Shown here one piece after another: positions 21,164 to 29,845 of a stretch of DNA of 64,000 bases (its first letter is position 1; each line of letters starts with the position of its first letter). The position numbers were made by a program, and so were the translations under genes. The notes beneath the pieces are model-generated. The model saw only the letters and a program-made list of their open reading frames with translations, searched no databases and was not told where the DNA came from. This stretch comes from Acidimicrobiales bacterium (GTDB lineage Bacteria > Actinomycetota > Acidimicrobiia > Acidimicrobiales > GCA-2861595), in the NCBI GenBank assembly GCA_046596195.1, contig JBKJNA010000233.1:638-64637 (forward strand). The letters are read 5' to 3'.

Positions 21164-22237
21164 GTGCTCAGCCGGCGCACTACGGCAATGACCGAGGCAC
21201 TGGGCGCCGTCGCCCCAGGCCGACCCCTGCGAGAGGGGCTCGACCGCATCCTCCAGGCCAACATGGGCGCCCTCATCGTGGTGGGCGACGGTCCGGAGGT
21301 GCTTGCCATCTGCTCGGGCGGGTTCCTGCTGGACGCCGAGTTCAGTCCCCAGCGGCTGTCCGAGCTGGCCAAGATGGACGGCGCCATCATCCTGGCGTCC
21401 GACGCCAGCCGTATCGCCCGGGCCAACGTCCACCTGGTGCCCAACCCCAACGTGCCCACGTCGGAGACGGGCACCCGGCACCGCACGGCCGAGCGGGTGG
21501 CCAGGTCGGTCGATGTGCCGGTGATCTCGGTGTCCGAGGACATGTCGATCATCGCCGTCTACCGCCACGACAAAAAGCACCCGCTCGAGCCGGTGCCCCG
21601 CCTCGTCAACCGCGCCAACCAGGCACTCCAGACCCTGGAGCGCTACAAGACCCGCCTCGACGCCGTGAGCGGAGCCCTGTCGGCCCTCGAGGTCGAGGAC
21701 CTGGTGACGGTGCGCGATGTGGTCACCGTGCTGCAGCGGGCCGAGATGGTGGGCCGCATCGCCGAGGAGATCGACGGCTACATCGTCGAGCTCGGCACCG
21801 ACGGCCGCCTCGTCCTGCTCCAGCTCGAGGAGCTCATGGGCGGCGTGGCCGACGACCGCCGGCTGGTGATCAAGGACTACTTCCAGGACCGGCTGCGGTG
21901 GAAGCTGGAGAAAGCGCTGGAGGCGCTGTCGAGCCTGACCACCGAGGACCTACTCGACCTCAAGACGGTCGTCGGCGTGCTGCACCTGCCCGACTCGGCT
22001 ACAGAGCTGGAGGCCGGCGTGCAGGCGCGTGGCTACCGGCTGCTGTCGAAGATCCCCCGCCTGCCGGAGCAGATCATCGAGAACATCGTGGCCCGCTTCG
22101 GCGGCCTGCAGAAGGTCCTGCGGGCCAGCATCGACGATCTCGACGACGTGGACGGGGTGGGCGAGGTGCGGGCCCGCGCCATCAAGGAAGGCCTCTCTCG
22201 CCTGGCCGAGACGTCAATCCTCGACCGCTATGCCTGA
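21164..22237 (+). CDS. disA: DNA integrity scanning protein DisA (diadenylate cyclase)
   Basis: 357 aa with a DAC domain (GALIVVG...DGAIIL...GTRHRTAERV) and a C-terminal HhH. Conserved radA-disA pairing. Confidence 0.93.
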   Translation: MLSRRTTAMTEALGAVAPGRPLREGLDRILQANMGALIVVGDGPEVLAICSGGFLLDAEFSPQRLSELAKMDGAIILASDASRIARANVHLVPNPNVPTSETGTRHRTAERVARSVDVPVISVSEDMSIIAVYRHDKKHPLEPVPRLVNRANQALQTLERYKTRLDAVSGALSALEVEDLVTVRDVVTVLQRAEMVGRIAEEIDGYIVELGTDGRLVLLQLEELMGGVADDRRLVIKDYFQDRLRWKLEKALEALSSLTTEDLLDLKTVVGVLHLPDSATELEAGVQARGYRLLSKIPRLPEQIIENIVARFGGLQKVLRASIDDLDDVDGVGEVRARAIKEGLSRLAETSILDRYA

Positions 22238-22402
22238 GGGTTCCGTCCTCACTCGCTTCGCTCCGTTCGGACGGGCTTGCGGTGCTGTGACGGCCGGCTC
22301 CGCCGGCCGCCACAGCGCTGATTTCCTCTTGCCGCCAGCCGGGGGGGCGGCCTTCGGCGGCTTCTGCGGCCGGCGGCACCCCTGGCGGACCACCCCCTCC
22401 TG

Positions 22403-23047
22403 GTGAGCCGGGTAACGCTTCCTTCGGGGACTCCTGCCGAACTCGTTCGGCCTCCCGGTCGTCCTTCTCGGGGGCTGGTGCTGGCGCCGGACATCATGGG
22501 GTTGCGGCCGCTCTTCGACGGGATGTGTGCCCGGTTGGCCGAGGAGCACGGGTGGGCTGTGTGCGCGCCCGAGCCGTTCCCCGGGCGGGAGCACCTGCCG
22601 ATGGAACAGCGCGAGATCGGGTCGAATGACGACGAGGAGGTGCTCGGGGACCTGGTGGCCGCCGCCGACCTGCTCGACGTGGAGCCGGTGGCCGTGCTCG
22701 GGTTCTGCCAGGGCGGGATGTGGGCGCTGAAGGCGGCGGGTACGGGCCGGTTCGACAAGGCGGTGGCGTTCTACGGGCTGCTTCGCGTGCCGTGGGCCCG
22801 CCCCGGTCACGCCCAGCCGCTCGAGTTCCTCACCAGGCCGGGCACCGCTCCTGTCCTGGCCATCGCCGGCGGCCGGGACCACCTGGTCCCGGTGGAGGAT
22901 GTCGACGCCCTGCGGGAAATACCGGGGGTCGAGGTGGTGTTCTACCCGGAGGGCGAGCACGGATTCGTCCACGACCCGGCACGGCCCACCCACCGGCCCG
23001 ACGACGCCGCCGACGCGTGGCGCCGAGTCCTCGCGTTCCTCGCCTGA
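22403..23047 (+). CDS. dienelactone hydrolase family protein
   Basis: 214 aa with the nucleophile motif LGFCQGGMW and a C-terminal GEHGF histidine context. Confidence 0.8.
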   Translation: MSRVTLPSGTPAELVRPPGRPSRGLVLAPDIMGLRPLFDGMCARLAEEHGWAVCAPEPFPGREHLPMEQREIGSNDDEEVLGDLVAAADLLDVEPVAVLGFCQGGMWALKAAGTGRFDKAVAFYGLLRVPWARPGHAQPLEFLTRPGTAPVLAIAGGRDHLVPVEDVDALREIPGVEVVFYPEGEHGFVHDPARPTHRPDDAADAWRRVLAFLA

Positions 23048-23133
23048 GGCGACGGCTGCGTTTCGGTTGTCCGGTCCGGGCGATTCCCGGTACCCTGCGT
23101 TCATCCCCCCTTCATCTCTTCCTCTGGAGAGGT

Positions 23134-23622
23134 ATGCCTGAAACTGCGTTCGATGTCGGTGACAAGGTCGTCTATCCACACCACGGGGCGGCGGTGATCG
23201 AGAAGCGAGAGAAGAAGGAGGCCTTCGGTGAGATCAGGGAGTACCTGGTCTTGAAGCTGGCCTACGGCGATCTCACGCTGATGGTGCCCTGTGACAACAC
23301 CGACGAGGTCGGGCTCCGCGAGGTCATCAACGACGAGGAGGTGGAAGAGGTCTTCGCAGTCCTTCGCAAGAAGGAGGCGCGGATGCCCACCAACTGGTCC
23401 CGTCGCTACAAGAACCACGTCGAGAAGCTGAAGTCGGGCGACATCTACCAGGTCGCCGAGGTCGTGCGGAACCTCTCCATCCGCGACAAGGACAAGGGCC
23501 TGTCGGCCGGCGAGAAGCGGATGCTCACCCGCGCCCGACAGATCCTCGTGTCCGAGCTCACCTTCGCCATCGGCGTCTCCGAAGAGGAAGCAGAGCAGAA
23601 GCTCAACGAAGCGCTCCCGTAA
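23134..23622 (+). CDS. carD: RNA polymerase-binding transcription factor CarD
   Basis: MPETAFDVGDKVVYPHHGAAVIEKREKKEAFGE...YLVLKL plus NWSRRYKN...SGD. Strong CarD recognition. Confidence 0.95.
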   Translation: MPETAFDVGDKVVYPHHGAAVIEKREKKEAFGEIREYLVLKLAYGDLTLMVPCDNTDEVGLREVINDEEVEEVFAVLRKKEARMPTNWSRRYKNHVEKLKSGDIYQVAEVVRNLSIRDKDKGLSAGEKRMLTRARQILVSELTFAIGVSEEEAEQKLNEALP

Positions 23623-23671
23623 ATCGGGGCCCTTGTTACAGGCCTCTGCCCGGGAGGTCGATAAGAGCGCA

Positions 23672-24787
23672 GTGTTCGTAGAAGTCGTCCGTCTCTTCAT
23701 CGTGTTGCTGGCGACGGCCGCGGGCTTTGCCATCGGCAGGGACCCGTCGGCCGTCGACGCCGGCAACGGGGCGATCCTCGGCGCCACCCTCGGCGCCTGT
23801 GTGGGCTACGTGGCGGGCGGCGTCCTCGGGCGCCTGCTCGACCACGGCCTCGGCATGGCCGAGCGCCGTTTCGAGCACACGCCGGCCCACCAGCTGCTGG
23901 CCGGCGGGGTCGGCGCCATCGTGCTGGGCGGCCTGGTCGGCGTGGTCGTGCTGCCGGCCGCCCTGGTGTTCCCGCCGCAGATCGGCTGGTCGGCGGTGGG
24001 GCTGGTGGTGTGGGTCGGGGCCTTCCTCGGCTACCGCATCGGCGCCCGCAAGAGCGACGAGCTGCTGGCCATGGCCGGCCTGTCGTCGCAGCCGCTCCTG
24101 CGCACGACCCAGTACGGCTCGCCGGAGTCGCCCGCCGTCCTGATCGACGCCACGACGGTCGCCGACGGGCGCCTGCTCGCCGTGGTGCGGGCCGGCTTCC
24201 TGCGCGACGCAGTGGTGGTGCCGCGCTTCGTCCTCGACCACCTCGAGGCCATCGCCGAGAGCGAGGACCCTGTGCGCAGCCGCCGGGGCCGGCGCGGGCT
24301 CGAGATGCTCGAGGCGCTGCGGCTCCAGCCGGAGGTGACGCTGCACGTGCTGGAGGACGAGCTGCCCGAGCACGACGACGCCCACGCCAAGCTGGTGGCC
24401 CTGGCCCGCCGCTCCAACAGCGCGCTGCTCACCCTCGACGAGACGCTCCAGCGCACGGCCGAACTGCAGGGCGTGCGGTGCCTCAGCCTGCGCCGGCTGG
24501 GGGAGGGCATGCGCCCCGTCTACCTGCCCGGCGAGGTGGCCCGCCTGCCCATCGTGCGCGAGGGCAAGGAGGCCGGGCAGGGCGTCGGCTTCCTCGACGA
24601 CGGCACCATGGTGGTCGTCGGCGGCGCCCGGGCGCTCGTGGGCCAGGAGGTGGACGTGCGTATCACCAGCAAGGTGGAGACGTCGGTTGGGCGGATGCTG
24701 TTCGCATCCCTCGATTCGGAACCGGAGGTACCGAATCGAACTGACGGTGCTGCGGACGACCGGCAAGCCGGCCGCCCTCCGCGCTGA
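23672..24787 (+). CDS. PIN/TRAM domain membrane protein (YacL-like)
   Basis: N-terminal TM helices, a PIN domain (VLIDATTVADGRL...LTLDETL) and a C-terminal TRAM (GQGVGFLDDGTMVVV...VDVRITS). GTG 23672 has a GGGAGG SD; the tracked ORF starts at 23633. Confidence 0.85.
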   Translation: MFVEVVRLFIVLLATAAGFAIGRDPSAVDAGNGAILGATLGACVGYVAGGVLGRLLDHGLGMAERRFEHTPAHQLLAGGVGAIVLGGLVGVVVLPAALVFPPQIGWSAVGLVVWVGAFLGYRIGARKSDELLAMAGLSSQPLLRTTQYGSPESPAVLIDATTVADGRLLAVVRAGFLRDAVVVPRFVLDHLEAIAESEDPVRSRRGRRGLEMLEALRLQPEVTLHVLEDELPEHDDAHAKLVALARRSNSALLTLDETLQRTAELQGVRCLSLRRLGEGMRPVYLPGEVARLPIVREGKEAGQGVGFLDDGTMVVVGGARALVGQEVDVRITSKVETSVGRMLFASLDSEPEVPNRTDGAADDRQAGRPPR

Positions 24788-24950
24788 CACCTCATCGACT
24801 GCGGGCCGCCAGCCGTGGGGGCCGCCTGCGGCGGCGTCGGCGGCCGGCGCCCAACCCCACCGCCCCGCCGGCGTCCTGCGGCCGGTGGCAACTGCAAACC
24901 CTGACCTGGTCGCTTTCGTGACTTTGTCGGTGTTCGGGCGATGATGCGGT

Positions 24951-26051
24951 GTGCCTGTGTGGACGATCGTCTTGGCAGCGGGGACCGGGTCGCGGTTCGG
25001 GGGGGCGAAGCAGTATGCGTCGCTCGGGGGGCGGCGGGTGCTCGACTGGTCGCTGGATGCCGCCCAGGCGGCGGGCGACGGGGTCGTGCTCGTGGTGCCG
25101 GCGGGCGAGGTGGGGCGGCCGGAGGCGGCTGACGCCGTGGTGGCGGGGGGCGACACCCGCTCGGGCTCGGTGCGCAACGGGCTGGGCGCGGTGCCGGACG
25201 ACGCCGACGTGGTGGTTGTCCACGACGCTGCCCGCCCGCTGGCCCGGCCTGTGCTGTTCCGGGCCACCGTCGAGGCGGTGCGCCGGGGCGCCGCCGGCGC
25301 GGTGTGTGCCGTGCCTGTCACGGACACGGTGAAACGGGTGGCGGGGTCCACTGTGGTGGCCACCCTGGACCGCTCCGAGCTGTGGGCCGTGCAGACGCCG
25401 CAGGCATTCGACGCCGGGGCGCTGCGGGCGGCCCACGCCGGCGAGGGCGAGGCGGGTGACGACGCCGCCCTGCTGGAGGCGGCCGGTGCGGAGGTCGTCG
25501 TCGTGCCCGGCGATCCCCGCAACCTCAAGCTCACCGGCCCCGACGACCTGGCCATGGCCGAGGCGCTCGCCGGTTCACCTGCGGTACGCATCGGGCAGGG
25601 CTACGACGTGCACGCCTTCAGCGACGACCCGGCCCGGCCCCTGGTGCTCGGCGGCGTGGTGTTCGAGGGTGAACGGGGCCTCAGCGGCCACAGCGACGCC
25701 GACGTGGTGGCGCATGCCGTCGCCGACGCCGTGCTCGGCGCGGCCGGGCTTGGCGACCTGGGCCGTCACTTCCCCGACACCGACCCGGCCTGGGCCGGCG
25801 CCGACAGCCTGGTGCTGCTGGCCGAGGTGGTGCGCCGGGCGTCCGACGCCGGCTGGCGCCCGGCCAACGCCGACTGCACGGTGGTGTGCGAGGGGCCCCG
25901 CCTGGCGCCCCGGCGCGACGACATGGAGGCCCGCCTGGCCGCCGTCCTGGCCGCGCCGGTCAACGTCAAGGCGGCGCGGGCGGAGGGCCTCGGCGCCCTC
26001 GGGCGGGGCGAGGGCATCGCCTGCTCGGCCGTCGTCCTGGTGGGCCGGTGA
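24951..26051 (+). CDS. ispDF: bifunctional 2-C-methyl-D-erythritol 4-phosphate cytidylyltransferase / MEcPP synthase (IspDF fusion)
   Basis: A single 366-aa ORF. The IspD part reads IVLAAGTGSRFG...NLKLTGPDDL. An in-frame linker AGSPAV follows, then the IspF part RIGQGYDVHAF...GHSDADV. Confidence 0.92.
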   Translation: MPVWTIVLAAGTGSRFGGAKQYASLGGRRVLDWSLDAAQAAGDGVVLVVPAGEVGRPEAADAVVAGGDTRSGSVRNGLGAVPDDADVVVVHDAARPLARPVLFRATVEAVRRGAAGAVCAVPVTDTVKRVAGSTVVATLDRSELWAVQTPQAFDAGALRAAHAGEGEAGDDAALLEAAGAEVVVVPGDPRNLKLTGPDDLAMAEALAGSPAVRIGQGYDVHAFSDDPARPLVLGGVVFEGERGLSGHSDADVVAHAVADAVLGAAGLGDLGRHFPDTDPAWAGADSLVLLAEVVRRASDAGWRPANADCTVVCEGPRLAPRRDDMEARLAAVLAAPVNVKAARAEGLGALGRGEGIACSAVVLVGR

Positions 26052-26941
26052 CACCGCCGCGAGGCGGAGGTCCCAAACCAGCGGGCGGTGGTGGCGGAAG
26101 CCAGCCGCCCCGTGGCCGGCGCCCGTCCGCCGCCGGCCCCGCCAGGCGGGGCTCGCCGCCGGGTGCACCGTCGCGCCGCGGCGGTCGGTCGGCGCTGCAG
26201 GGGATCGGCGGTGAGCAGGTCGAGGGCCGCCACGCCGTGCGCGAGCTGCTGGCCGCCGGCCGCCGGCGGGTGCGCGAGGTGCTGGTGGCCGACGGCATGG
26301 ACCCGTCCGCCCTCGTCAACGAGATCCTCGACCTGGCCGCCGCCGCCCGCGTGCCGGTGCGCCGGGTCACCCGCGCCCGGCTCGACGCAGCGGCAGCCAC
26401 CGATGCGCCCCAGGGCGTGGTGGCCAGGGCCGAGGCCCTCACGGAGGCGGATCTCGACGACCTGGTCCGCACCGTGGGCGGGCGAACGCCGTTCCTCCTC
26501 GCCCTCGACGGCGTCACCGACCCCCACAACCTGGGCGCCCTGCTGCGCACCGCAGAGTGCGCCGGAGCGACGGGCGCGGTGTTGCCGCGCCACCGGGCCG
26601 TCCACATCACACCCACCGTCGCCAAGACGGCGGCAGGCGCCATCGAGCACCTGCCCCTCGCCGTCGTCCCCGGGCTGCCGGCGGCCCTCAACCAGCTGCG
26701 CAAGGCGGGGGTGTGGACGGTCGGGCTCGACCAGGACGCCCGCCAGAGTGTCTACGACCTGGAGCTGGGCGCCGAGCCCGTGGCCCTGGTCCTGGGCGCC
26801 GAGGGGAGCGGCCTGTCGCGACTCGTCCTCCAACGGTGCGACGTGGCCGTGCACATCCCCCAGAGGGGGTCGCTGCCGTCGCTGAACGTGGCCGCCGCCG
26901 GGGCGGTGGCCTGTTTCGAACTCGCTCGCCGGCGGGCCTAG
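26048..26941 (+). CDS. TrmH/SpoU-family 23S rRNA 2'-O-methyltransferase (RlmB/YacO-like)
   Basis: GTG 26048 overlaps the ispDF stop (GTGA). Gly/Arg-rich head, then EGRHAVRELL..., DGVTDPHNLGALLRTA and SLNVAAAGAV SpoU motifs. Confidence 0.85.
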   Translation: MTPPRGGGPKPAGGGGGSQPPRGRRPSAAGPARRGSPPGAPSRRGGRSALQGIGGEQVEGRHAVRELLAAGRRRVREVLVADGMDPSALVNEILDLAAAARVPVRRVTRARLDAAAATDAPQGVVARAEALTEADLDDLVRTVGGRTPFLLALDGVTDPHNLGALLRTAECAGATGAVLPRHRAVHITPTVAKTAAGAIEHLPLAVVPGLPAALNQLRKAGVWTVGLDQDARQSVYDLELGAEPVALVLGAEGSGLSRLVLQRCDVAVHIPQRGSLPSLNVAAAGAVACFELARRRA

Positions 26942-27024
26942 CGCCCGGCGGCGGGCCGGCGACCAATTTGGGCGGCGGGCCCCGATTTCGGCGCGCCCAC
27001 ACACGCCTATCGCCATTCTGACCA

Positions 27025-27060
27025 TTGACACTCGGGGTGCCCCTAGTTACAACTAACTAG
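27025..27060 (+). promoter_or_regulatory. candidate promoter (TTGACA-17-TACAAC) overlapped by AT-rich inverted repeat CTAGTTA-caac-TAACTAG
   Basis: The only AT-rich patch in the 190-bp region upstream of the sigma gene. The -10 match is weak. Confidence 0.3.
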
Positions 27061-27132
27061 TTCTTCCCCGCAGGGCCGCTGCTCAAACCGCACGTTTCGG
27101 TCTTCGTCACACCACCGCAGGAGCTCACGCCA

Positions 27133-27789
27133 ATGCCGGTCCGCTGCGACATCCCCTCCGCCGACGTCTCCGACGCCGACCTCGTCGAGCGCTATCACGC
27201 CGGCGACACGGACGCCCTGCTGGTGCTGCTCGAGCGCTACCGGCGCTTCGCCGCCGTTCGGGCCCGCACGTATTTCCTGGCCGGTGGCGACTCCGACGAC
27301 ATCGAGCAGGAAGGGATGATCGGTCTCTTCAAGGCGGCACGCGACTTCCGGGGCGACCGTGAGTCGTCGTTCCGGGCCTTCGCCGAGCTGTGCATCACCC
27401 GCCAGGTCATCAGCGCCGTGAAGTCGGCCACCCGGCACAAGCACCGCCCGCTCAACCAGTACGTGTCGCTCTCGGGCGTGCGGGGCGGCGACGACGCCTC
27501 CGAGCGCTCGGTCGAGGACCTGCTCGATCCCCACGCCGTCGCCGACCCGGCCGACGCGGTGGTATCCAACGAGCGCATGGCAGCCATGAAGCGCTCGATC
27601 GGTGAGACCCTCTCCGGGCTCGAGGTCGAGGTGCTGCGCCTCTATGTGGAGGGCAAGTCCTACCAGGAGATCAGCGCCCAGCTCGGCCGGCACGTGAAGT
27701 CGATCGACAACGCCCTCCAGCGCATCAAGCGCAAGCTCGAGGGCCACCTGAACGAGGGCGCCGCCACCGAGGACCTGGTCCTCGTCTAA
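27133..27789 (+). CDS. sigH: RNA polymerase sigma factor, Bacillus SigH-type
   Basis: 218 aa. DIEQEGMIGLFKAARDF, SFRAFAELCITRQVISAVKSATRHKHRPLNQY and SYQEISAQLGRHVKSIDNALQRIKRKLE match B. subtilis SigH as I remember it. It follows the yacO-like gene, as in Bacillus. Confidence 0.85.
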   Translation: MPVRCDIPSADVSDADLVERYHAGDTDALLVLLERYRRFAAVRARTYFLAGGDSDDIEQEGMIGLFKAARDFRGDRESSFRAFAELCITRQVISAVKSATRHKHRPLNQYVSLSGVRGGDDASERSVEDLLDPHAVADPADAVVSNERMAAMKRSIGETLSGLEVEVLRLYVEGKSYQEISAQLGRHVKSIDNALQRIKRKLEGHLNEGAATEDLVLV

Positions 27790-27865
27790 CGGTAGCGACC
27801 GGCGGACCTGAGGTCCGGCCGGCCGCCTGGCGGCTGGGCTGAGTGCCGATCGACCCGCACGGAAG

Positions 27866-27939
27866 AGCCCGAGGCCGGATTCGAACCGGCGACCTGACGC
27901 TTACAAGGCGCCTGCTCTGGCCAACTGAGCTACTCGGGC
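27866..27939 (-). tRNA. tRNA-Thr (anticodon UGU)
   Basis: The reverse complement folds as GCCCGAG-UA-GCUC-AGUUGGCCA-GAGC-A-GGCGC-CUUGUAA-GCGUC-AGGUC-GCCGG-UUCGAAU-CCGGC-CUCGGGC-U (74 nt, no encoded CCA). Confidence 0.93.
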
Positions 27940-28056
27940 GGGGCAGCGGCAGCGTAGGGACTACAGGTCGAAGACGTGGTGGCAGACAGGAGGGCGTCGG
28001 CGCCTCTGCGGGGAGGGTCCTTGAACTGGGGGGAGTTGGCTGGCAGGCTGCCAGGG

Positions 28057-28317
28057 ATGTCCATCTCCGACCGCGACCGGGCGATCCTCGACTTCGAACG
28101 AACGTGGTGGACCCTGGCGGGGCCCAAGGAGCTGGCCATCCGCAAGCGACTCGACCTGTCAGCCACGCGGTACTACAAGGTGCTCGGCGATTTGGTCGAG
28201 TCAGCCGACGCCCTGGCCTACGATCCCCTCGTGGTGCGGCGGCTGCGGTTGAAGCGTGACCTGCGTCGGCGCGCCCGGTACGAGGGGCCGGCCAGCGGGC
28301 GGCCCCAGATCCGTTGA
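28057..28317 (+). CDS. DUF3263 domain protein
   Basis: MSISDRDRAILDFERTWWTLAGPKELAIRKRLDLSATRYYKVLGDLV matches the actinobacterial DUF3263 pattern. The tracked ORF starts earlier, at 27976. Confidence 0.75.
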   Translation: MSISDRDRAILDFERTWWTLAGPKELAIRKRLDLSATRYYKVLGDLVESADALAYDPLVVRRLRLKRDLRRRARYEGPASGRPQIR

Positions 28318-28334
28318 GGCCAGATCCGTTGAGA
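28305..28334 (+). repeat. 15-bp tandem duplication (14/15) spanning the DUF3263 stop codon
   Basis: ccagatccgttgagg followed by ccagatccgttgaga. Confidence 0.85.
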
Positions 28335-28337
28335 AGC

Positions 28338-28973
28338 ATGCGCCGCCCTCGTCAGTCAGGCGACGACGGCTCGTTCGGGCGGTCGGCGGGCATGCAGCCG
28401 GCCCGGGGCGCGGCTCTGCTCGTGGTGGCGGTGCTGCTCGGCGTGGTCCTGCTCAACGCGGCCGACGACGCGCCGCCTGACCGGGTGTCCGCCGGGTCGT
28501 CGGACAACGGGTCCTCCGAGACGACCCCCCCCACGGAGGCCACCACCACGACCGTGGTCACGCTGCCTCTCCGTGCGCCGGCCGACGTGAAGGTCATCGC
28601 CGCCAACGGCACCGACACCAAGGGCGTGGCCCGCAAGGCCACCGACTTGTTGAAAGCCAGCGGCTACAACGTCCTGTCGCCCACCGACGCCACCGCCAAG
28701 GCAGGGGCCAGCAACGTGTACTTCGTGGGTGACTTCCAGCGCGAGGCGGAGGCGGTCGCCGCCGGCCTGGGCCTGCCTGCGACCAGCGTCCAGCCGGCCC
28801 CGACGACGCCGCCGCCCGTCGCCGACGCCCGGGGCGCCACCGTCATCGTGATCGTCGGCCCCGACCTGGCCTCGACCCTCGCAGGGTCGACAACGGCGTC
28901 GACGGCGGCCGGCGCCACCAGCACCACGACGGCGGCGCCGGGCGCCACGACGTCCACCACCAAGAAGCCCTGA
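28338..28973 (+). CDS. LytR C-terminal domain (LytR_C) membrane protein
   Basis: Arg-rich head, TM helix GAALLVVAVLLGVVLL, Thr/Pro linker, then VKVIAANGTDTKGVARKATDLLKASGY...VIVIVGPDL. The start is ambiguous (28314, 28338 or 28392). Confidence 0.75.
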   Translation: MRRPRQSGDDGSFGRSAGMQPARGAALLVVAVLLGVVLLNAADDAPPDRVSAGSSDNGSSETTPPTEATTTTVVTLPLRAPADVKVIAANGTDTKGVARKATDLLKASGYNVLSPTDATAKAGASNVYFVGDFQREAEAVAAGLGLPATSVQPAPTTPPPVADARGATVIVIVGPDLASTLAGSTTASTAAGATSTTTAAPGATTSTTKKP

Positions 28974-28985
28974 CCGAGGGCCGCG

Positions 28986-29777
28986 TCAGCCGGCGCGGCG
29001 GGTCGTGGCCGTCACCTCGACGTCGAGCGTTCCCGGCACCGCCACGCCGCTCACTCCGGCGGGCGGCAGCAGGGTGACCGCGTACCGGCCGGTGGTGCGG
29101 GACTCGACGGCATGGACCTGTTCGTCGTCGAGGTCGTAGGAGACCACCGCCATGGTGTCGAGCGACCCATCCAAGGCGAAGCGCCCTCCCGTGTCGCCGG
29201 CCGTCTGGCGCACCGGCAGCCGGTAGCGGCTGTCCACCCGTGCCACCCGCCGCCCGCCGTCCACGCCGAGCGCCACCAGCCGCCCCCGCCCCGTGACCCG
29301 TGCCGAGGACGAAGCGGAAGGCAACGCCACCGGCTCGTCGATCTCCCAGGTCTCACCGGGGGCCAGCGCCCGCCGGGGCGGCGCCGCAGCCGCCGCAGGC
29401 AGGATCTCCGACAACCCCAGGTCACCCAGGGCGTCCGCCGGCAGTCCCTCGATCCGCTCCACCTCGACGAGTTGGCCGGACCGGTCGAACCGCACCACGA
29501 ACGTTGAGGGAGCAACTCCCTCCTGCGACAACCGGACCTCGACATCAGCCCCCTCCGCCCCCGACGCCAGCACGCGGTGGCGAGCCGTCAGGGTCGAAGA
29601 CGCCACCCGCCGCCGGGCAGCTTCGTCGCCGAACCGGGTGACTGTGACGGCGCGCACCGAGGTCCGGTAGGTCACAACCTCGCCGACGTCCGGCCGGTAT
29701 GAGATCCGGACCGTCCCCGGTGAGCAAGCAGGCAGCGCGACCAGCCCCAGAACCCCCACCCACCGAAGCGCGCGCAC
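28986..29777 (-). CDS. hypothetical lipoprotein
   Basis: MRALRWVGVLGLVALPAC lipobox. No family recognised. Confidence 0.55.
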   Translation of the reverse strand: MRALRWVGVLGLVALPACSPGTVRISYRPDVGEVVTYRTSVRAVTVTRFGDEAARRRVASSTLTARHRVLASGAEGADVEVRLSQEGVAPSTFVVRFDRSGQLVEVERIEGLPADALGDLGLSEILPAAAAAPPRRALAPGETWEIDEPVALPSASSSARVTGRGRLVALGVDGGRRVARVDSRYRLPVRQTAGDTGGRFALDGSLDTMAVVSYDLDDEQVHAVESRTTGRYAVTLLPPAGVSGVAVPGTLDVEVTATTRRAG

Positions 29778-29845
29778 ACCCCATCCCTACCCCATCAACC
29801 GACCATCCCGCCCCGGGGAGGCTCGGCGCAGGTACGTTCACCCGG

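Noticed and set aside
23672-24787. PIN-domain protein as a toxin of a toxin-antitoxin pair
   Set aside because: It is a 370-aa membrane-anchored PIN+TRAM (YacL-type) protein in conserved housekeeping synteny. There is no small upstream antitoxin gene.
24924-24950. Perfect TTGTCGGTG (RecA-NDp -35-like element) upstream of ispDF
   Set aside because: After the 8-nt spacer comes ATGATG rather than TAnnnT, and ispDF is not a plausible DNA-damage gene. Probably a chance match.
27866-28980. tRNA-Thr as an integration site for a genomic island
   Set aside because: There is no integrase, no direct repeat of the tRNA 3' end and no compositional shift. The neighbouring DUF3263 and LytR_C genes are conserved actinobacterial core genes.
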